DNA of 40,905 bases from an uncultured Thermofilaceae archaeon (GTDB lineage: Archaea; Thermoproteota; Thermoprotei; Thermofilales; JAPDKD01), in assembly GCA_964587325.1 (NCBI GenBank), contig CAZPLI010000003.1:1-40905 (forward strand). The letters run 5' to 3'. Made by a program: the position numbers and the translations under genes. Positions 32,892 through 40,905 of this stretch are shown piece by piece. The notes under the pieces are model-generated. The model searched no databases and was not told where the DNA came from. It saw only the letters and a list, made by a program, of their open reading frames with translations. The first letter of the stretch is position 1, and every line of letters begins with the position of its first letter.

Positions 32892-34223
32892 ATGGGGGCA
32901 GTAGCGAGATTTGAGCGAGTAAGTATTCATAGTCACATAAGGGGGCTTGGCATAAGGGACGGAGTTCCGCAGCCTGTAGGAGACGGTTTCGTGGGACAGA
33001 TAGAGGCTCGGAAAGCTGCATGGATAGTAGTTCAAATGATAAAGCGCGGCAAGATGGCCGGTAGAGGAGTCTTGTTAGCAGGCCCCCCAGGGACTGGGAA
33101 GACGGCACTTGCAATAGCTATAGCGAGGGAGCTTGGGGAAGACACTCCCTTTGTTGCTCTCTCAGGTTCGGAGATATACTCTGCAGAGTTGAAGAAAACA
33201 GAAGTTCTAATGCAGGCTATGAGAAGAGCCATAGGCGTAAGAATACACGAGTTTAGGAGAATACTCGAGGGCGTAGTGAAGAAACTTAATGTTAAACTAG
33301 GCCCCCATCCCTACAACCCCTACCAGCAGATACCTATTGAGGGGACCATTACACTTGCTACAAAAGACGAAGAGAGAACACTAAGAGTCTCAGGTGACTT
33401 CGTTGCTGAGCTGTTATCAAGGGGTGTCACGGAGGGCGATGTAGTATGGATCGACTTAGAGACGTATAGAGTCTACAGAGTAGGGCGAGCTAAGGGCTAT
33501 GGAACGTTTGACTTATACGGTGAAAAGCTAGTAGAGGTCCCAAGCGGTCCTCTCGAGAAGGAGAGAGAGTTTGTGCACACAGTTACGCTACACGATTTAG
33601 ACGTAATGCATTCGCGAAGTGAGTCTTTGCTGTCAATAATCTTCGGTTTCGCTGAGCAAAGAGAGATTTCTCCCGAAGTTAGGAAACGGGTGGACGAGAC
33701 TGTAAAGGCTTGGGTAGACGAGGGACGAGCAGAGCTGCTGCCTGGAGTACTGTTTATTGATGATGTTCATATGCTCGATATTGAGGCCTTCAGCTTCTTA
33801 AGCAGGGCCATGGAAAGCGAACTGGCGCCCATACTCATACTAGCAAGTAATAGGGGCATTACTAAAATACGTGGTACGGACATAGAGTCACCTCACGGTA
33901 TACCTCAGGACCTACTCGATAGATTGCTAATAATAAAGACTAGGCCGTATACCCCAGAGGAGATAAGGGAGATCTTAAAAATAAGAGCCAGAGAAGAAGG
34001 TGTAGATCTCGATCCAGACGCGTTAGAACTCTTAGTTAAGATAGGCTCCTCGGAGAGCCTACGTTACGCTGCGCAGCTCCTTACGCCGGCAAAGATAATA
34101 GCCGAACTGCGAGGGCTTAGTAGAGTTGATGCAGCAGCAGTAGAAGAAGCTGCAAAGCTTTTCGTGAGCATGAAAGAGTCGATGGCTTACCTACGAGAGC
34201 TTGAAGAAGCCTTCCTCAAATAG
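32892..34223 (+). CDS. TIP49/RuvB-like (Rvb1/2, pontin/reptin homologue) AAA+ ATPase
   Basis: SHIRGLG, GPPGTGKTALAIAIARELGEDTPF, SGSEIYSAELKKTEVL, an inserted OB-like domain II, and Walker B VLFIDDVHMLD. Confidence 0.9.
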   Translation: MGAVARFERVSIHSHIRGLGIRDGVPQPVGDGFVGQIEARKAAWIVVQMIKRGKMAGRGVLLAGPPGTGKTALAIAIARELGEDTPFVALSGSEIYSAELKKTEVLMQAMRRAIGVRIHEFRRILEGVVKKLNVKLGPHPYNPYQQIPIEGTITLATKDEERTLRVSGDFVAELLSRGVTEGDVVWIDLETYRVYRVGRAKGYGTFDLYGEKLVEVPSGPLEKEREFVHTVTLHDLDVMHSRSESLLSIIFGFAEQREISPEVRKRVDETVKAWVDEGRAELLPGVLFIDDVHMLDIEAFSFLSRAMESELAPILILASNRGITKIRGTDIESPHGIPQDLLDRLLIIKTRPYTPEEIREILKIRAREEGVDLDPDALELLVKIGSSESLRYAAQLLTPAKIIAELRGLSRVDAAAVEEAAKLFVSMKESMAYLRELEEAFLK

Positions 34224-34675
34224 GTCTTGCCTCGTATGCTGTGTATAAAAGCTACAAAAGTAGCTACTATGACTATTTGTCCTAGGTCGAGATAAGTTAG
34301 GGCTGGTTTTTTGCCACATTCTAGTTGATACACTAGAGGTAGTAGCCTCACCTCGCAGGTTCGTGGTAGTGACAGCAACACAACGTAGTGAGCTACGGCG
34401 AAGGTCAGGCCCGAAAAGAGAAGTAAGTAGGTTAGAGGTTTTTTGTCGAACGAATACACTATGGCAGTGGCGAGCCATAAGTAAAATGTAGCTATCGCTA
34501 TTCTCCATGGAGTATGCCACGGCATGTAAGGAGAGCCTGGATACTCGCTCAGTATACGCTCTAAGGGTACGGTGGATGCCGTGATTACAACGACGACCGT
34601 TACTGCCACTGACAGGAGTATGTGATGGAGGTCTTTTTTCAGATTGTTTAAGGGTACCATGCGCGTAACCCCCAT
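34187..34675 (-). CDS. Hypothetical polytopic membrane protein
   Basis: About four hydrophobic helices. It overlaps the S2P stop by 13-28 nt depending on the start (34675 or 34660). The overlapping alternative-frame ORF 34191..34697 is Arg/Ser-rich and looks spurious. Confidence 0.5.
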   Translation of the reverse strand: MGVTRMVPLNNLKKDLHHILLSVAVTVVVVITASTVPLERILSEYPGSPYMPWHTPWRIAIATFYLWLATAIVYSFDKKPLTYLLLFSGLTFAVAHYVVLLSLPRTCEVRLLPLVYQLECGKKPALTYLDLGQIVIVATFVAFIHSIRGKTYLRKASSSSRR

Positions 34676-35787
34676 CTTGCAATCGAGAGTGCCACATTGA
34701 CGAATAATACTAGCACGAGGTATAGTGTAATGGCGTATGTGATGTTTTTTGCGAGATCTTCATCTACATACTTTTTCAGCAGTACGAACAGTATTCTGCC
34801 ACCGTCCAATGGGTATATAGGCATGATATTGATCACGGCAACGCTTATAGTCACTACGTAACTCCACCAGAACAGTTTCAGAAGTGTACCCTGAGGGTCT
34901 GCCGAGAAGTAGTCAGCAAAGTAAGCCCCTATGAACCCTCGCGTTGAGTTATAGGGATGTGCTATGAGCTTCACTGTGATGTTTATCATCCTTCCTTCTC
35001 GAAGAACAGTGACCTTAATTGTGTCATTAGGCCTTGTAGTTGAGAGATAGCGTGTGAGGTCAATTAAGCTTCGTATCTCAGTACCGTTTAATGCAATGAC
35101 TACGTCGCCCTCTCTTAAAGCCTTAGAAGCGGGAGTGCCAGGAAGAGTTCCTCGCACTATCACACCGCTGGGTACTAGAACGGCTAGCGATATAACAGCC
35201 ACCATGAGGGCTGTTAGGAAGTTAGTGAACGTTCCAGAGGCGTAGATCTTAAATTGCGATAGAGGAGGTGCTTTCTCTAGCTCGTCCTCGTCAGGCTCTA
35301 CAAAGCCTCCCGGAATGAACAGGAAAAGAAGAACCCCTGATGTTCTAATTTTGATCTTCTCGGCGGCTACGAGGAACCCGTGAGTTAGCTCGTGAGGCAC
35401 TAAAGCTAGGAAGCAAGCAAATGCTACGTAAGGAAGGGCTTCAAAACTGACTGTGACACCAGGAATTACCGGGTGAGTTGGTGCTGCACCAGCGGCTCCT
35501 CGTAGTAGGAGCCAGGCATTAACGTGTAGCACATACACTCCATAAGCAGCTAGCACTAGCCCTGCGATGATGCTGATAATGCCATAGATGGACCACAGGC
35601 GGCGGTATTTACGTCCTATAGCCGATATGTACGGGTTTAGTGCGGTAGTTTTAATCATGATAGCCGGGCCTTCAAAGGCCAGTCCTATTCTCTTTGCGAG
35701 AGAAGGTTTTAGCTTCTTGATTAGTGCAGCGGTTACGTATAAGGCGGCTATGAGTCCCAGGAACATCATGGCTTCATAACTCAACAT
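34648..35787 (-). CDS. Site-2 protease (M50 family) with an internal PDZ domain
   Basis: HELTHG (HExxH), the PDZ-like GTPASKALREGDVVIALNGTEIRS, and NIMPIYPLDGG (LDG motif). Polytopic. Confidence 0.9.
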   Translation of the reverse strand: MLSYEAMMFLGLIAALYVTAALIKKLKPSLAKRIGLAFEGPAIMIKTTALNPYISAIGRKYRRLWSIYGIISIIAGLVLAAYGVYVLHVNAWLLLRGAAGAAPTHPVIPGVTVSFEALPYVAFACFLALVPHELTHGFLVAAEKIKIRTSGVLLFLFIPGGFVEPDEDELEKAPPLSQFKIYASGTFTNFLTALMVAVISLAVLVPSGVIVRGTLPGTPASKALREGDVVIALNGTEIRSLIDLTRYLSTTRPNDTIKVTVLREGRMINITVKLIAHPYNSTRGFIGAYFADYFSADPQGTLLKLFWWSYVVTISVAVINIMPIYPLDGGRILFVLLKKYVDEDLAKNITYAITLYLVLVLFVNVALSIARWGLRAWYP

Positions 35788-36556
35788 CGAGTCCTACCCC
35801 GCTCCACTTGAGCCCATTACCGAACCTACTTAGTATTATTTTGCGCGCTCTGGGACCTGTAGAGTGTAAAGGTAGTATCATTTCGATGCCTGCTCGCTTG
35901 GCCCACTTAAGGAGTGCAGGCCCGTCTAAAACGTCCAGTGCGGACAAATTGAGACCACCGACGAGGGCGTACACCTTCCCTTGGAGTGTGTTCAGCAGTG
36001 TGATTAGTTTTGTTATGCCGTATACGCAGCAGCCAGTTATTACAAGCCAGCCTCTATCCATCTCTATGGCCAATGCCTGCTCACGGAACCACCTCCCATA
36101 AGGCCCTATGATTCGGGTGCCTGGAGGTAGGCGTCCACTGGCTGGAGGTCTGTTGCGTAAACCAGGGAATTCGGGTGCTATTGTTTCTTCCCATTTGACC
36201 ATGCCTCTCCGTAAGGCTTCTACGAAGCCTCCTACGTGATGTCTGAGCCACACTGAGAGGAATACTAGACACGGGGACAGGGGGCTAATATTCAAGGTAT
36301 TAGCGTTGTGAACCAGTAATTCAAGAGAAGGCCCCGTGTCAAATAGTATCGTAAACCTTCCCCCGTCTCCTTTCAAGTCGACATATAGTGATAGGCCATG
36401 GGCTGGAATCAAGTCCCTACGTGATGTGTTGGGCAAGTCGTCGACAAGGACTACCAGGCGGGCTTTCTCATACACTACGAGCAACCTCCCATTACACTGG
36501 CAGCTGTCTGTAAGAGCTGACAAGCGGATAAATAAGTGCGCGTAGGCTTTCTTCAC
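35774..36556 (-). CDS. COG1237-like MBL-fold protein with substituted metal-binding motifs (probable pseudoenzyme or diverged function)
   Basis: The family layout is present (AHGLSLYVDL, ILFDTGPS, VITGC, LVGGL, LHSTG). However, the HxHxDH position reads SVWLRHH, GCxH reads GCCVYG, and GGFH reads GGLN. The N-terminal 25-30 codons may be over-extension. Confidence 0.55.
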   Translation of the reverse strand: MKKAYAHLFIRLSALTDSCQCNGRLLVVYEKARLVVLVDDLPNTSRRDLIPAHGLSLYVDLKGDGGRFTILFDTGPSLELLVHNANTLNISPLSPCLVFLSVWLRHHVGGFVEALRRGMVKWEETIAPEFPGLRNRPPASGRLPPGTRIIGPYGRWFREQALAIEMDRGWLVITGCCVYGITKLITLLNTLQGKVYALVGGLNLSALDVLDGPALLKWAKRAGIEMILPLHSTGPRARKIILSRFGNGLKWSGVGLDVEL

Positions 36557-36561
36557 ACTAG

Positions 36562-38796
36562 ATGGATGAATTCGTAGAGAAACTGTCGAGGGATACCTGC
36601 AGAAGAATTGTTCATGTTCGCCTAGAGCGTCCTAGCCTTCCTCAATTGGGCCCGTCAGTTGAAAGCATAGGACTGCCAGAGCAGTTAGTTCGTGCACTAA
36701 AAGCGCGAGGAATAGATAGACTGTATAAGTTCCAAGTCGAGGCGATAGAGCACATAAGGGCTGGTAGAAGCGTCTCTATAGTCGCGGGAACAGGCACAGG
36801 GAAGACAGAGGCCTTTCTCCTACCGATACTTGAGGACGTAGTGCGTGATCCCTACATAGCTAAAGTGCGGGCAATAGTAATCTACCCCACGAAAGCTCTC
36901 GCGAGAGACCAGCTAGAGAGGATAGACTACTACATGGCGTATGCTTTTGGGGCACGGGCTGCAGTACTCGACGGGGATACTCCGGAGAAGGAGCGCCGTA
37001 GGATATACTCTTACCCTCCACAAGTGCTAATAACGAATCCTGACATGATACACATGGCTCTCCAGTACTCTCGCGATTTTCGCAGGTTAATATCAGATGC
37101 CTCGTACGTCATACTGGACGACGCTCACGTGTATTCAGGAGTGTTCGGGGCTCACGTTGCCTACGTAATACGGAGGCTCAAGAGATTTCTTAGAGAGGAA
37201 GCAGTGTTCGTTACTGCCTCCGCGACCATAGGCAACCCCAAAGAGTTTGCTGAGACATTGTTTGGGACGAGCGTGGAAGTAGTTAGTGCTGGGCCTACAA
37301 GGCGGGGGACGGTACTACATGTACTAGTAAAGCCGGTAGGTAGGTCCAAACTTCAAGAAGCGCTTAACCTTTTAAGGGCTTGTATTGAAGAGGGACTGAA
37401 GACGCTAATCTTTGTAGATAGTCATAGACTTGCAGAGCTCTTAAAGATGGCTGCTGACAGATTAGGGCTTAACGTAGGGCTGCACAGGGCGGGGCTAAAG
37501 CCAGAGGAGCGCAAGAGAGTTGAACACGGAATAAAGACCGGAAGCCTAGACGCCGTTATAGCTACCCCTACGTTAGAGCTAGGAATAGACATAGGCACTC
37601 TCGACGCGGTCATAATGTATTCAATACCTCCCACATACTCGAAATACGTACAACGTACAGGGAGGGTAGGTAGAAGAGGACAGAAAGCTTACGTATTTAC
37701 AATACTGGGGGATGACCCGATAAGCGCCTACTACGAGAGAAATCCTGACGACTTTTTTGATCGAAAATTCGAGAGAGCCATTATAGATACGGAAAACGAA
37801 GAAATAGCAAAGGTTCACTTGCTGGCGATGACCCGCGACTCGCCTTACAAGCTCGATGAGCTATCAGGGTTTGAGCAGAGAGTTGTCAGATGGCTTCTTA
37901 GCAAGGGGCTGTTGAGAATAAGAGGTAATAGCGTTAGGCTAACGAGAGAAGGTGCTAGGTACCTCAGTGAGAGGCAGAGCCTACGGGGTGTTGGAGAAGT
38001 AGTGAAAATTGTGACAAAAAGCGGAAAAACTATAGGTTATCGGGAAATGCCAATGGCGCTTAAGGAGCTTCACCCTGGGGCTATCTATCTTCACGGAGGA
38101 AGACTCTTCCTCTCGCTTTCTCTTGAACGTAGAAGAGCTATAGTGGAACCCTTACCTCAAGGTTTTAACTACCTGACAAAACCTCTCTACTACTCAGAGC
38201 CTGAGGTCGTACAGGTAACTTCGGAGAGAACGTGGCGAGCATTTGCATTAAGCTACGTCTCTTTGATGATAAAAGACGTCGTTTATGGGTACGTGGTCAG
38301 GAGATATCCCGGGATGGAATTTGTTCGAGAGAATATCCTTGATAAAGAGTACACATATTCCTTCAAAACTAAGGGTGTACTTGTATGGCTTCCTCCCTAT
38401 TCTCAGTGGGATGAGTGGGAGAATGCTGAAGCTTTACACGCTATAGAACATGCACTGATATCCGCTGCTGAGATTGCCGTGGGAGCCTCGCCGACTGATC
38501 TAGGCGGGATAAGCTTCCCCTCGGGGCACATATACATATACGACTCGTTCCCGGGCGGCTCAGGCATTTCTAAGGAGGTATTCAAGAGGTTCGAAGAAGT
38601 CGCTGTGAGAGCGCTTGACATAGTGACGAAGTGCTCATGTGAGGATGGATGTCCCCGCTGCATTTACTCCCCTTACTGTGGCAATAACAACAAGATACTA
38701 TCTAGGAAAAAAGCTGCACTCCTACTTACTCAGCGAATAAAGGGCGAGCTAAAGGTAGTACCAACTATCTCACGTTACGGTAAGCCCATAGTATAG
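36562..38796 (+). CDS. SF2 DEAD/DEAH-like helicase with a C-terminal DUF1998 zinc domain (COG1205, MrfA/YprA-like)
   Basis: AGTGTGKTEAF (I), VILDDAHVYSG (II), TASATIGNP (III), ATPTLELGIDIG, VQRTGRVGRRG (VI), and CSCEDGCPRCIYSPYCGNNN (DUF1998 four-Cys motif). Confidence 0.85.
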   Translation: MDEFVEKLSRDTCRRIVHVRLERPSLPQLGPSVESIGLPEQLVRALKARGIDRLYKFQVEAIEHIRAGRSVSIVAGTGTGKTEAFLLPILEDVVRDPYIAKVRAIVIYPTKALARDQLERIDYYMAYAFGARAAVLDGDTPEKERRRIYSYPPQVLITNPDMIHMALQYSRDFRRLISDASYVILDDAHVYSGVFGAHVAYVIRRLKRFLREEAVFVTASATIGNPKEFAETLFGTSVEVVSAGPTRRGTVLHVLVKPVGRSKLQEALNLLRACIEEGLKTLIFVDSHRLAELLKMAADRLGLNVGLHRAGLKPEERKRVEHGIKTGSLDAVIATPTLELGIDIGTLDAVIMYSIPPTYSKYVQRTGRVGRRGQKAYVFTILGDDPISAYYERNPDDFFDRKFERAIIDTENEEIAKVHLLAMTRDSPYKLDELSGFEQRVVRWLLSKGLLRIRGNSVRLTREGARYLSERQSLRGVGEVVKIVTKSGKTIGYREMPMALKELHPGAIYLHGGRLFLSLSLERRRAIVEPLPQGFNYLTKPLYYSEPEVVQVTSERTWRAFALSYVSLMIKDVVYGYVVRRYPGMEFVRENILDKEYTYSFKTKGVLVWLPPYSQWDEWENAEALHAIEHALISAAEIAVGASPTDLGGISFPSGHIYIYDSFPGGSGISKEVFKRFEEVAVRALDIVTKCSCEDGCPRCIYSPYCGNNNKILSRKKAALLLTQRIKGELKVVPTISRYGKPIV

Positions 38797-38797
38797 C

Positions 38798-39454
38798 TCA
38801 TTTCTTCTCATATAGCAGCACTATTACATGGTCAAGCCCTGTCCACACGCGCCTTAATTCCTTTGCTCCCGCCACTCTTCTGAATGTTAAGCTAGAAGCC
38901 GTAAACAGGAGCACTCCTCCTCTTTTTAGAGCCCTCATACAGGACTCCAGCATTTTTATGTACACTTCTAACTTCGATCCACATGACACTGGATCGCTGT
39001 AGGTGTGTTTAGGCACGGGAAGATAAGGGGGGTTAGCAATCACCACGCTGACCGAGCCCGGCCTCAAGGCTGCTAGCCAGTCACAGGCTACGGGGTGAAA
39101 ACGGTCGTATACGCCATTGGCTAAGGCGTTAAGTCTGGCTGCGCGAAGACAGCGTAAACATACATCTGTTGCTATGACCTCTACTCCCCGGAGACTTGCT
39201 ACGGCAACGCCTAAGCTGCCTGGACCCGTGCCTGCATCAGCAACTAGCCCCTGCGCTCTGCTTAGTGACTCGATGAGGAGAGCATGCGTTGAGAAGAGGT
39301 TTGGTGGAAAGCAGCCTCGGGGAACGAGGAGCCTGAGCCCGGCGAATGTGTAAAGTGTTCTAGCCAGCTTGAGGTAAAGTCTTAATAGCCAGGCGATTAG
39401 GCTAGCCTGTAGCCTCTGCCAGGCAGTAGGAGGTTCGAGGACTATGCCACGCAT
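38798..39454 (-). CDS. Small SAM-dependent methyltransferase, HemK-like NPPY class
   Basis: DAGTGPGSLG (motif I), IATDV, and VIANPPYLP (motif IV). As drawn, the start overlaps the asnS start by 11 nt, so the true start may be downstream. Confidence 0.6.
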   Translation of the reverse strand: MRGIVLEPPTAWQRLQASLIAWLLRLYLKLARTLYTFAGLRLLVPRGCFPPNLFSTHALLIESLSRAQGLVADAGTGPGSLGVAVASLRGVEVIATDVCLRCLRAARLNALANGVYDRFHPVACDWLAALRPGSVSVVIANPPYLPVPKHTYSDPVSCGSKLEVYIKMLESCMRALKRGGVLLFTASSLTFRRVAGAKELRRVWTGLDHVIVLLYEKK

Positions 39455-40739
39455 CGATTATACAAAAATCAAGGACGTATTCAAGATGCCTGAGGGAACT
39501 GAGGTAAGCGTTAGAGGCTGGGTTTATAGGCATAGGGCCCACAAAGAGAAGGTCTTCGTCGTAATAAGAGATGAGTCTGGTATAATTCAGGTAGTAGTAC
39601 CCAAGTCTTCGCCTGACTTTAACGAAGCTGTTGATGCTGGTATAGAGGCTGCGGTAGAGGCTAAAGGGATTATAAGAGCCGACAAGAGAGCACCTGGAGG
39701 TAAAGAAATACATGCAACGAAGTTTAGAGTTCTGTCACCAGCGGAGCCCTTCCCCATAACCGAGTCGGCGTCACGAGAGTTCCTACTTGATATTCGACAC
39801 TTGTGGATAAGGAGCAGACGTATGAATGCGGTGTTTAAAGTCAGAAGCACAGTGTTTGGGGCCATTCACGAGTTCTTTAGATCACGCGGCTACTATGAGG
39901 TACAGTGTCCAATGTTTATAACAGCAGCAGTAGAGGGAGGTGCCACGCTATTTGAAGTAGAGTACGTCGATGGAAGAAAGGCCTACCTAACACAGTCATC
40001 GCAATTCTACTTAGAGGCCCTAATATACAGTCTAGAGAAGGTCTACACGATCGCCCCATCATTCAGAGCCGAGAAGAGTAGGACTAGGAGACACTTAACC
40101 GAGTTCTGGCACGCGGAGGCAGAGGTAGCCTGGGCTCATCTCGACGATATACTGAGAGTAGAAGAGGAGCTTGTAGCGTACGTAGTATCGAAAGTATTGG
40201 ACGAGCGACGTGAAGAGCTAGAGCTCTTAGGCAGGCAGATCAAGCCTTTAGAGGACGTAAAACCGCCTTTCCCCCGCATTAGCTACGATGAAGCTATAGA
40301 CATTCTTCAGCGTAAAGGCTTCAAACTAGAGTGGGGTGAGGACTTCGGAGCGGACGAGGAGCGGGCACTGACTGAGGAGTTCGAGAAGCCTTTCTTTGTG
40401 TACGGATACCCCGTGAAGGCAAAAGCATTCTATCATAAGAATGATCCTCGAAGACCCGAGGTTACGTTATCAGCTGATCTACTAGCCCCTGAGGGCTACG
40501 GAGAGATAATCGGAGGGGGTGAGAGGATAGAGAATAAAGACGAATTAATAAGGAAAATACTGGAATTCGGACTAAATCCCAATGATTATAAGTGGTACAT
40601 CGATCTCAGGCGTTACGGCAGCGTACCTCATGCAGGCTTCGGGCTCGGAGTAGACAGGCTAGTTATGTGGATATGTGGTCTCGACCACATAGTTGACGCT
40701 ATCCCCTTCCCACGCACAGTCAGAAGACTTTACCCTTAG
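39444..40739 (+). CDS. asnS: Asparaginyl-tRNA synthetase
   Basis: Class IIb layout with an N-terminal OB fold. Motif 2 is FRAEKSRTRRHLTEFWHAEAE (AsnRS-type), and GGGERI and GFGLGVDRLVMW (motif 3) are present. GGAGGT lies 9 nt upstream of the ATG. Confidence 0.85.
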   Translation: MPRIDYTKIKDVFKMPEGTEVSVRGWVYRHRAHKEKVFVVIRDESGIIQVVVPKSSPDFNEAVDAGIEAAVEAKGIIRADKRAPGGKEIHATKFRVLSPAEPFPITESASREFLLDIRHLWIRSRRMNAVFKVRSTVFGAIHEFFRSRGYYEVQCPMFITAAVEGGATLFEVEYVDGRKAYLTQSSQFYLEALIYSLEKVYTIAPSFRAEKSRTRRHLTEFWHAEAEVAWAHLDDILRVEEELVAYVVSKVLDERREELELLGRQIKPLEDVKPPFPRISYDEAIDILQRKGFKLEWGEDFGADEERALTEEFEKPFFVYGYPVKAKAFYHKNDPRRPEVTLSADLLAPEGYGEIIGGGERIENKDELIRKILEFGLNPNDYKWYIDLRRYGSVPHAGFGLGVDRLVMWICGLDHIVDAIPFPRTVRRLYP

Positions 40740-40747
40740 TGAACCAT

Positions 40748-40763
40748 CTTTTCATTTGTTTTA
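40748..40763. terminator. T-rich tract between the convergent asnS and tRNA-Thr genes (possible termination region)
   Basis: CTTTTCATTTGTTTTA follows the asnS stop directly. On the other strand a CTTTTT run follows the tRNA 3' end near 40830. Confidence 0.3.
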
Positions 40764-40841
40764 GTATTATGAGTACAATTAGGTGAAGGGGCCATTGAAT
40801 TTCTCTGCAGTAAAGTCAGAGCAGTTAAAAAGATCCTCAGC

Positions 40842-40905
40842 TGGAGCCCCGGCCGGGATTCGAACCCGGCACCTGCGGCCTACGAGGCCGCCGCTCTGCG
40901 CCCTC
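40842..40905 (-). tRNA. tRNA-Thr (anticodon CGU), 3' two-thirds; the 5' end lies beyond the window; CCA encoded
   Basis: The reverse strand reads ...GAGC-G-GCGGC-CUCGUAG-GCCGC-AGGUG-CCGGG-UUCGAAU-CCCGG-CCGGGGC-U-CCA. The anticodon loop is CU-CGU-AG and the T arm is canonical. Confidence 0.8.

Overview
This 40.9-kb window looks like a chromosomal segment from a (hyper)thermophilic crenarchaeote-like (TACK) archaeon. Supporting markers are a short helicase-less XPF with a C-terminal PIP-like tail, Hjc, ribosomal proteins P1 and S25e, a TIP49/RuvB-like ATPase, an intron-containing tRNA-Tyr with a C1-G72 pair, and box C/D sRNA-like elements. Genes are tightly packed, often with 1-14 nt overlaps, and are mostly housekeeping. 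They cover glycolysis (class I gap fragment, pgk), the thiolase/HMG-CoA synthase/DUF35 mevalonate entry module, deoC, uppS, asnS and pdaD. They also include RNA-modification enzymes, two large SF2 helicases (Lhr-like and DUF1998/MrfA-like), two intramembrane proteases (presenilin-like and S2P), and several hypothetical membrane or wHTH proteins. I support 2 tRNA genes (Tyr-GUA with a 61-nt intron; a partial Thr-CGU) and four hand-found candidate C/D box sRNAs in intergenic gaps, all with the same box geometry. I found no rRNA, CRISPR array, integrase or transposase. I cannot identify a complete, clearly novel multi-gene system. The best leads are: (1) a translationally coupled PqqD/RRE-like plus tandem winged-helix operon with a possible coupled 18-codon upstream ORF; (2) a lower-GC stretch (about 17.6-21.6 kb) of poorly characterised genes, followed by a secreted propeller / carboxypeptidase-regulatory / TlpA-thioredoxin fusion protein; (3) a pseudo-MBL / S2P protease / membrane protein operon; (4) the C/D sRNA set, which has purine instead of U at C-box position 5. 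All calls come from reading translated motifs and sequence by eye. No database search was run.
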